Shown here: piece after piece, positions 8,906-15,087 of the stretch | Position numbering within the stretch: position 1 is the first letter of the stretch | Layout: the number at the start of each line of letters is the position of its first letter | Assembly (NCBI GenBank): GCA_027053075.1 | Contig: JALUEE010000112.1 | Location: 1 to 22,912 of the forward strand | DNA length: 22,912 bases | DNA from: a candidate division WOR-3 bacterium | GTDB taxonomy: Bacteria; Hydrothermota; Hydrothermia; B15-G9; WFZT01 | Reading direction: 5' to 3' | Notes under the pieces: model-generated | Told to the model about the DNA's origin: nothing | Database searches by the model: none | What the model saw: the letters and a program-made list of their open reading frames with translations, nothing else | Program-made: the position numbers and the translations under genes

Positions 8906-9899
8906 TTTCAGCAACCTCCTTTTGTTTTGTTTTCAAACCCTGGAAAATTCTTACAAATATGATCATCAAAATCATGTCGCTGAATGGACCACCGAGAGCA
9001 GTTCCCACCGCAGCCAGAGCTCCAAAGGCACCAATTGCCATAGCAGTGGATAGTGTCATATTGGAGCCGGTTGAGTAAACGAGCGAAATCGTGTGCTCTA
9101 TGTCAAATCCAACCGCCCGCCCGGTAATGTATGCTATTCCCATTCTTATCAGGAAATATGCATTCATGATTAAGGCTCCATAGACTATCACAAACGGATT
9201 ATGGAGAATTTTCAGCCCGTTTAAGCCAAATACCTCGAAGACCATCCAGTACATTCCGAGCAAGGCAAGTCCCATGAGGGGCTCTTTTAACTTCATCAAC
9301 TTTTCCTCGCCTCCAGATGATAGAACCAGATAACGCGTTAGCTGACCAACTATCAGAGGAATGATGATATAAATAACGAGTGCTTTAATGAGGACCATAA
9401 TGGGTACTTCAATTACTGTATGAAGTATCAGCTTTGCGTAAACTGGCATTACGAAGAGGGAAAGAATAAATGTCCATACAACACCGATGAGAGTTAGCTG
9501 AAACTTCCCACCTGCAAGATTGGTGAATGCCGGAGCTGAACTCGGTAATGGTGCGAGGCTTATGAGCACAACACCGGCAAGAAGTTTTGGATCAACCGAA
9601 GGAAGCACGAGAAGCCAGAATTTCATCAGAAAATAGGTTAAGATGGGGAAAAGGACTACGTAGTAAATGAAGAGTATCAGAATGTATTTCTTCTTCTCTG
9701 GTGTCCACTTCACAAACGCCTGCTTTAGTTTCAGGAATACCATGGGCTGAAAGAGCATGCAGAATAGTGCCACGGGCAGGGTCCATTTCAAAGACATGAA
9801 AACCGGCCTGAAATGGATACCAAGCCCTGCCCCGATGAGCATGACAACAAACACAAGATAAATCATCTTCTCTTTCAAAAACCATATAACTTTCTTCAT
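8898..9899 (-). CDS. Acr3/SBF-fold transporter, divergent copy lacking the motif Cys
   Basis: About 10 TM segments, MLFQPM, APLPSSAPAFTNLAGG and YIIIPLIVG; SD GAGGAGG before ATG 9899. Confidence 0.8.
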   Translation of the reverse strand: MKKVIWFLKEKMIYLVFVVMLIGAGLGIHFRPVFMSLKWTLPVALFCMLFQPMVFLKLKQAFVKWTPEKKKYILILFIYYVVLFPILTYFLMKFWLLVLPSVDPKLLAGVVLISLAPLPSSAPAFTNLAGGKFQLTLIGVVWTFILSLFVMPVYAKLILHTVIEVPIMVLIKALVIYIIIPLIVGQLTRYLVLSSGGEEKLMKLKEPLMGLALLGMYWMVFEVFGLNGLKILHNPFVIVYGALIMNAYFLIRMGIAYITGRAVGFDIEHTISLVYSTGSNMTLSTAMAIGAFGALAAVGTALGGPFSDMILMIIFVRIFQGLKTKQKEVAENV

Positions 9900-9915
9900 T
9901 TCTCCCTCCTCATTT

Positions 9916-10290
9916 TTAAATTTTCTCAATTTCTGAGATGAGCAGAAATCCCACGGGCTCATCTCCATAAAGGAGCTGAACTTTTATCCCTTTTGGAGTC
10001 TTTCTTACTACCCCCGGTTCAACGTTCTCGATCTCGACATCCTCCCTCAACGCTCCCACCATTTTCCCTTTGTACATTAGAGGTGTCATATTTCTTTCCC
10101 CATTCTCCCCTGCCCCCTCCTTCCCGGAAGGAAGGAGGGGAAGAGCTTCTGCGTTCCCAGTATAGGTTTCGGCCATCTTTGCAAAAATATCACGCTTAAG
10201 CAGAAATAGAACTCCCTCCCTTCCCTTGGGGAAGGGAGGGTTGGGGTGGAATGGGCAAATTTTTGTCAGCATTACTTCATACTCAGCCAT
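9916..10290 (-). CDS. Small beta-repeat protein, third paralog, carrying an in-frame REP doublet (may be a pseudogene or re-started gene)
   Basis: The C-terminal ~60 aa (TPLMYKGKMVG...TPKGIKVQLLYGDEPVG) align with the 10515 and 10789 proteins. The ORF stays open across the 10098-10255 repeat. The start is uncertain because there is no SD before ATG 10290. Confidence 0.6.
   Translation of the reverse strand: MAEYEVMLTKICPFHPNPPFPKGREGVLFLLKRDIFAKMAETYTGNAEALPLLPSGKEGAGENGERNMTPLMYKGKMVGALREDVEIENVEPGVVRKTPKGIKVQLLYGDEPVGFLLISEIEKI
10098..10255. repeat. Inverted REP doublet inside a CDS
   Basis: Hairpins cccctccttcc-cggaa-ggaaggagggg (10114-10140) and ccctcccttccc-ttg-gggaagggaggg (10214-10240), with mutually inverted outer tails cccattc / gaatggg. 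Confidence 0.85.
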
Positions 10291-10475
10291 TTTTTTGTTC
10301 ACTGTATGGTTGTATTTTGTATAGAGTTCGTCCAAGATTATGAGTTGGTCTTTGTGATTCTTTCTGTGATCTTGAAGAATTAAGGTTAAAAGGATTGTGG
10401 GTACTACCATTGTACCAGTCCACAACAAAGGTTTGTTGTTTTTTTATGATCATTGTTTGTTGCCTCTGTGTTTGA

Positions 10476-10506
10476 GTGGGCGGGGCGCCTTCGGCGCCCC
10501 GCCCAC
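10476..10506. repeat. Perfect 14-bp GC hairpin, second repeat family (also at 15048-15076)
   Basis: gtgggcggggcgcc-ttc-ggcgccccgcccac. Confidence 0.85.
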
Positions 10507-10514
10507 AGGCTCAA

Positions 10515-10769
10515 CTACATTAACCATATGTGACCTACCGGGGACCCGTTGAAGAACAAAAACACCTTAATGCCTCTTTCAGTTTCCTGATGACCGTCAA
10601 TCTCCACATAATCCAATTTCACACCATCATGTATGTCACCGATAACTTCGCCTTCTAAAACCAACTCTCTGTGCTTCACACCTTTCCCATCTGTCCAACT
10701 TTCTCCCAGATGCACTTTTGAGAGCGTGTATTTTGCTCTATTTTTGATGTAATCGTTACTTATTGCCAT
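10515..10769 (-). CDS. Small hypothetical beta-repeat protein (84 aa)
   Basis: SD AAGGGGG; clear paralog of 10789-11079 (GKGVKH.EL, G.KVFL..NG.PVGHIW). Confidence 0.85.
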   Translation of the reverse strand: MAISNDYIKNRAKYTLSKVHLGESWTDGKGVKHRELVLEGEVIGDIHDGVKLDYVEIDGHQETERGIKVFLFFNGSPVGHIWLM

Positions 10770-10788
10770 TTCATCCCCCTTTTAACCT

Positions 10789-11079
10789 TCATTGGTTTAT
10801 CCAGATATGACCGACAGGAACACCGTTGCGTAGCAGAAAAACTTTAACCCCGCGCCCGGTCACCTTGAAATCTCCAATATCAACTCCGGCAAGATTTATA
10901 TTTCCGTGAATCTCTCCAACTACCTGACCATTGAGAAGTAGCTCCGTGTGCTTAACGCCTTTTCCGTTAACCCATTCTCTTCCAAAGGAAACTTTAGCAA
11001 GGGTATCCCTTGCTTTTGTTTTGATTTCATTTTCATCAACCCCTGTCGGGGTCCATCCATGTTTCCATCTTCTTGGCAT
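10789..11079 (-). CDS. Small hypothetical beta-repeat protein (96 aa), first gene of the cluster
   Basis: SD GGAGGTGA before ATG 11079; paralog of 10515-10769. Confidence 0.85.
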   Translation of the reverse strand: MPRRWKHGWTPTGVDENEIKTKARDTLAKVSFGREWVNGKGVKHTELLLNGQVVGEIHGNINLAGVDIGDFKVTGRGVKVFLLRNGVPVGHIWINQ

Positions 11080-11098
11080 CCTTATCACCTCCAAACAC

Positions 11099-11149
11099 AT
11101 ATATGATTTTTTCATATATATATTTTATTCAGAAGAATGGAATTGTCAA
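11099..11149 (-). promoter_or_regulatory. sigma70 promoter with an adjacent palindromic operator candidate
   Basis: TTGACA (11149-11144), 16 nt, TAAAAT (11127-11122). Palindrome ATATATGA-N5-TCATATAT at 11099-11119 covers the expected +1. Confidence 0.7.
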
Positions 11150-11388
11150 GTATCTGAAGAATGTAGACTTTAAACAGGATTTTGCGTGAAAAATTCCCGA
11201 ATTATGAGGATAAATTTTTAGCAGCATGAGGTGTTTTAGGATTTGCTTTCAGGATCAAATATTTAAAGTCTATTCGAAAATTCGTTCTCTATATCTACAT
11301 TTACGAATCAACTGGCTCTAAGTTTTCCTCCTTCACTTGTAAAGAAAGTGGGGCATTCCAATTGAAAATTAAGAATTCAAGAAATAAA

Positions 11389-11427
11389 CCCTCACCCCAA
11401 CCCTCTCCCGCAAAGCGGGAGAGGGGG
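11389..11427. repeat. REP-like element, cleanest copy
   Basis: ccctcaccccaa-ccctctcccgc-aaa-gcgggagaggg. Confidence 0.9.
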
Positions 11428-11996
11428 ATTTAAGGTAATTTTAATTGAGTTTGTTTGTGAATTTTCTCAAAAGATTTTTATATTCCCCTTCCTTATCCGA
11501 TAAAGGTTCCTGAATTCTCTGCTTCATAGAGCCTCTTTTAAAATTTGCAATCTTTTTGCTTTCCCCAGAGACGATCTGAGAGTAAATAAGTTAGAAAAAA
11601 TTCCTATAAGTTTGGCCCTTTAAAGAGTTACCATCTGTTCCAATTTTGGTAAAAGGATTAAGTATGTTGAGTAAAATTAATCTCATAAATCAGACCTTTC
11701 ACTAAAATAAGGAAAGTTTTCATTAAATCTTTCCTTGAAATCAGGAAAGACCCGCATGTATAGTTCTCCACCGTAAAAAGTTTTACTCTAAAGTTCCCGG
11801 GTAAGCGTAGGCTCTGAAACAGGAGTCTAAGGAATCTGCCAGGGAGGTGATTGAAGACGCCGTTTTAACGATATGTAGTTAATGCTAACTAAAATCCGGG
11901 CATAAAAGTTGCTCTCACCTATTATCCCTTACTCATTTTGCCCACAATATGCACCTTAACTATTTGGAAGCCCTGGCATATAACTTCTCATTAAGT

Positions 11997-12120
11997 AAGC
12001 CTGTTCGAAAAATCTCAAAAGCTTTGATTTTTAATGAAAAATTTGCCCCCCACCTTATTCCTCCCCCCACGCACTTTGTGCGTGGGGGGAGGATAGGAGG
12101 GGGGAATTTTCGAACGAGCT
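11997..12120. mobile_element. Putative MITE enclosing a REP hairpin
   Basis: Direct repeats ctcattaagt at 11987-11996 and 12121-12130. Imperfect inverted ends agcctgttcgaaaa / ttttcgaacgagct (12 of 14 match). Internal perfect 16-bp hairpin at 12059-12093. Confidence 0.6.
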
Positions 12121-12129
12121 CTCATTAAG

Positions 12130-12181
12130 TTGAATTTTTAGGTGGGGTTTGTTATCATAAAGGCCACAAAACCGAGGAGGT
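12130..12181 (+). promoter_or_regulatory. sigma70 promoter and RBS of the membrane-protein operon
   Basis: TTGAAT (12130-12135), 17 nt, TATCAT (12153-12158), then SD GAGGAGGT (12174-12181). Confidence 0.6.
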
Positions 12182-12184
12182 GCT

Positions 12185-12802
12185 ATGTTACAGAGGACTA
12201 TACCATTAGCCCTTGTTTTTATAATGGGTATCCTGACTACCATTCAGTTCTACATTCCCCATCCCATTTCACAGGAATTTTATAGAACCACCATTGACTG
12301 GATGAACGGGATATCCTCCATGGCGATTATTCTTGCTATTGGAAGTCTGGTTAAGCACCACTGGACCAAGGTCTCTCGCGGGCAAAATGTGATTTACTCG
12401 TCCACTACACTGATTGCTCTCACAGCAATGGCACTGATAGGATTTATCGGCGGGATTGGCCAGCACAGCCTGTTCCAGAAGCTATTTGAAAACGTACAGA
12501 TACCGCTTCAGGCCACGATGTTCTCACTCCTTGCTTTCTTTATGGCTTCAGCAGCTTACCGTGCTTTCCGGGCGAAAACCTTTGAGGCGACCCTCCTTTT
12601 GCTTGCTGCGTTCATAGTTATGATTGGAATGATTCCACTTGGTTACTTCATAAGCCCTGGAATTTCCGCATTTTCCCAGTGGATACTCGATGTTCCCAAT
12701 ATGGCTGCAAAAAGAGGCATAATGATCGGCGTAGGACTCGGGATGATTTCTACCTCGCTCAAGATAATTCTCGGTATCGAGAGAAACTGGCTCGGAGGGT
12801 GA
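12185..12802 (+). CDS. Uncharacterised integral membrane protein (~6 TM)
   Basis: Strong SD, multiple hydrophobic helices, and FSLLAFFMASAAYRAFR and AAKRGIMIGVGLG segments. Confidence 0.85.
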   Translation: MLQRTIPLALVFIMGILTTIQFYIPHPISQEFYRTTIDWMNGISSMAIILAIGSLVKHHWTKVSRGQNVIYSSTTLIALTAMALIGFIGGIGQHSLFQKLFENVQIPLQATMFSLLAFFMASAAYRAFRAKTFEATLLLLAAFIVMIGMIPLGYFISPGISAFSQWILDVPNMAAKRGIMIGVGLGMISTSLKIILGIERNWLGG

Positions 12803-12803
12803 A

Positions 12804-13661
12804 ATGAGGGAATTCTTTATAAAGTTAGGCAAAATAGACCGCCGTGTAATTTACGGAATAATCGCGCTCGGTGTTATTCTCCCTCTCCTTAAGCCCATTG
12901 GACTGCCTGAGAACATAACGCCTCCGGTTAAGCATGTTTATGAGTATATTGACTCACTCCCGGCCGGCTCTGTGATAATTCTCTCTATTGATTATGATGC
13001 CACTGTGCTGCCCGAAGTGCACCCGATGGTTCTTGCAGTCTTACGGCACGCTATGGTTAAAGGAGTGAGACCTATTGGTCTCGGTTTAAATCCCGCCGGC
13101 ACCGGACTTGGTCTTGATGCCTTTACGAAGGTAGGAAAAGAACTTGGGAAAAAGTATGGTAAGGATTTTGTTTATCTTGGATTTAAGCCAAACGTTTCCG
13201 CCACGATACTTGGCCTTGGTGAAAACATCAGAAAGGTGTTTCCAACCGACTACTTTGGCACTCCCATTGATTCAATACCTATGCTGAAAAATGTCAGGAA
13301 TTACAACGACATCGCGCTCACTATCAGCTTTTCTGGTTCATCTTTACCCGAGAACTGGATAATGTATGCAAATGCAAGGTATGGCGAAAAGATTGCATGT
13401 GGTGTTACAGCAGTGATGGCGGCAGATTTCTATCCCTATCTGCAAACTGGACAGCTTGTTGGAATGATCGCCGGACTAAAAGGGGCTGCAGAGTATGAGA
13501 CTCTGGTTAATCGTTTATTCAGGAAATTGGGGCTCAAAAGGCCATCAGTCATAGCAATCAGAGGAATGGATGCCAATTCGCTTGCTCACGTTTTAATCAT
13601 GGTATTCATCATACTTGGAAACCTGGCATTTTTCGCCGCAAAATACAAGGAGGAGAAATAA
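12804..13661 (+). CDS. Uncharacterised membrane-anchored protein (N- and C-terminal TM helices flanking an alpha/beta domain)
   Basis: 1-nt gap from the upstream stop; DRRVIY followed by a TM helix; soluble core with DY, YLGFKP, YPYLQTGQLVG and GLKGAAEYE; C-terminal TM helix. Confidence 0.85.
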   Translation: MREFFIKLGKIDRRVIYGIIALGVILPLLKPIGLPENITPPVKHVYEYIDSLPAGSVIILSIDYDATVLPEVHPMVLAVLRHAMVKGVRPIGLGLNPAGTGLGLDAFTKVGKELGKKYGKDFVYLGFKPNVSATILGLGENIRKVFPTDYFGTPIDSIPMLKNVRNYNDIALTISFSGSSLPENWIMYANARYGEKIACGVTAVMAADFYPYLQTGQLVGMIAGLKGAAEYETLVNRLFRKLGLKRPSVIAIRGMDANSLAHVLIMVFIILGNLAFFAAKYKEEK

Positions 13662-14290
13662 TGTCTCACGATCCATGGGTCTGGATAGCGGCTATACTTT
13701 CACTTTTTATCTTTTCTTTCCTTTACAAGGACAACCCCTTTTATAAATTCGCTGAGCACCTTCTTGTAGGGGTTTCAGCAGGATACTATTTGAACATTTA
13801 CTGGTATAACGGAATTTATCCCAACATCGTTCAGCACCTGACTAAAGAGCACAACTGGCTTTACATCGTTCCTCTTTTCCTGGGTCTCCTTTATTTTGCT
13901 ATCTTCATTCCAAAGTTCTCGTATTTCATCAGATGGCCAATAGCTTTCCTCCTTGGTTCGGCATCTGGCTTTGCGATCCCGGCAGCGTTTCAGGCCAGAA
14001 TAATGGAGCAGGCAAAGGGAACAATCCTTTTATCACCATCCTCTTATCATTCGCCACTCGCATTTTTCAATGCAATTTTGATCTTTATCGGAGTTCTGAC
14101 CGTTCTATCTTACTTTTTCTTCTCCAAAGAGCACAAGGGAACACTTAAAATCTCCTCGAAGATTGGAATTATCTTCCTGATGATAGGATTTGGTGCCTCC
14201 TTTGGCTATACGGTGATGGCACGTGTATCGCTATTGATTGGAAGACTTCAATTCTTACTTGGAACCTGGCTTGGATTGATTAAATATTAG
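13661..14290 (+). CDS. Uncharacterised integral membrane protein (~6 TM)
   Basis: TAATG overlap; SFLYKDNPFYKFAEHLLVGVSAGY and LMIGFGASFGYTVMAR segments. Confidence 0.85.
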   Translation: MSHDPWVWIAAILSLFIFSFLYKDNPFYKFAEHLLVGVSAGYYLNIYWYNGIYPNIVQHLTKEHNWLYIVPLFLGLLYFAIFIPKFSYFIRWPIAFLLGSASGFAIPAAFQARIMEQAKGTILLSPSSYHSPLAFFNAILIFIGVLTVLSYFFFSKEHKGTLKISSKIGIIFLMIGFGASFGYTVMARVSLLIGRLQFLLGTWLGLIKY

Positions 14291-14293
14291 GCC

Positions 14294-15031
14294 ATGGAAA
14301 AGTTTGCTCTAATCACAGGGGCATCAAGAGGAATTGGAAAGGCAACTGCGCTACTCTTTGCGCAAAGAGGGGTAAATGTTGCCGTAAATTACCTTAAGAG
14401 TGAAAAAGAGGCCGAGGACGTTGTGGAAGAGGCCCTGAAATTCGGTGTTAGAGCGATAAAGGTGAGAGCAGATGTCTCCTCGGACACAGAAGTCCGGGCC
14501 ATGTTCGATGTAATTGAGAAGGAATTCGGTGCCCTGCAAATTGTTGTAAACAATGCGGGCCTATCCACCCACGTAAATCCCGAAGAGCTTGATATCGAGG
14601 AGTGGAATAGGGTCATCGGTGTAAATCTAACCGGTGCCTTTCTTGTGACAAAATACGCCATACCGTTTCTAAAACGTGCTGGATGGGGCAGGGTAGTGAA
14701 TGTTTCGTCTTTGAGGGCTTTTTCAGGCTCATCAAAAGGAGTTCACTATGCTGCAGCGAAGGCAGGAATTATAGGATTAACCCGGTCTTTTGCCCTTTAC
14801 CTTGCAAAATTCAATATAAATGTCAACGCTGTTGCGCCCGGATACACAAGAACCGACATGACAGCAGGGTATTTGAAAGACCATGAAGAAGAGGTTAAGA
14901 GGAAAATACCTGTGGGTAGGGTTGCTGAACCCGAGGAAGTGGCACGGGTAATCTATTTCCTTGCATCAGATGACAGTTCGTATATCACCGGGGAAGTTGT
15001 GACGGTGAATGGTGGGATTTATTTTACATGA
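14294..15031 (+). CDS. SDR family oxidoreductase (FabG-like, probably NADPH-dependent)
   Basis: TGASRGIG, NNAG, catalytic Ser and YAAAK, VNAVAPG, and YITGEVVTVNGG. Confidence 0.93.
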   Translation: MEKFALITGASRGIGKATALLFAQRGVNVAVNYLKSEKEAEDVVEEALKFGVRAIKVRADVSSDTEVRAMFDVIEKEFGALQIVVNNAGLSTHVNPEELDIEEWNRVIGVNLTGAFLVTKYAIPFLKRAGWGRVVNVSSLRAFSGSSKGVHYAAAKAGIIGLTRSFALYLAKFNINVNAVAPGYTRTDMTAGYLKDHEEEVKRKIPVGRVAEPEEVARVIYFLASDDSSYITGEVVTVNGGIYFT

Positions 15032-15047
15032 TGGGAGTTGATTAAGG

Positions 15048-15076
15048 GGGGCGGGGCGCCTTCGGCGCCCCGCCCC
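15048..15076. terminator. GC hairpin between convergent genes (repeat copy of 10476-10506; possible bidirectional terminator)
   Basis: ggggcggggcgcc-ttc-ggcgccccgcccc with weak U tracts. Confidence 0.6.
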
Positions 15077-15087
15077 ACCACTTAATT

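Noticed and set aside
6117..9899. Calling the cluster a canonical ars operon or a nitrogen-fixation locus
   Set aside because: There is no arsR, arsC or arsA and the Acr3 motifs are altered. The NifB/NifX-like domain is widespread outside diazotrophs and no nif structural genes are present.
10291..10428. Upstream extension of ORF 9916-10428
   Set aside because: TTG start with no SD and no similarity to the paralogs; probably non-coding.
11730..11910. Possible riboswitch or ncRNA in the slightly GC-richer intergenic patch
   Set aside because: I could not match SAM, TPP, cobalamin, lysine, c-di-AMP, tRNA or tmRNA consensus elements by eye. An Rfam search is needed.
1376..12104. Hairpin repeats as a CRISPR array
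   Set aside because: Copies are dispersed, divergent and in both orientations, with no regular repeat-spacer period and no cas genes.
14294..15031. Assigning the symbol fabG
   Set aside because: Only generic SDR motifs are present and there are no neighbouring fatty-acid synthesis genes, so the substrate cannot be assigned.
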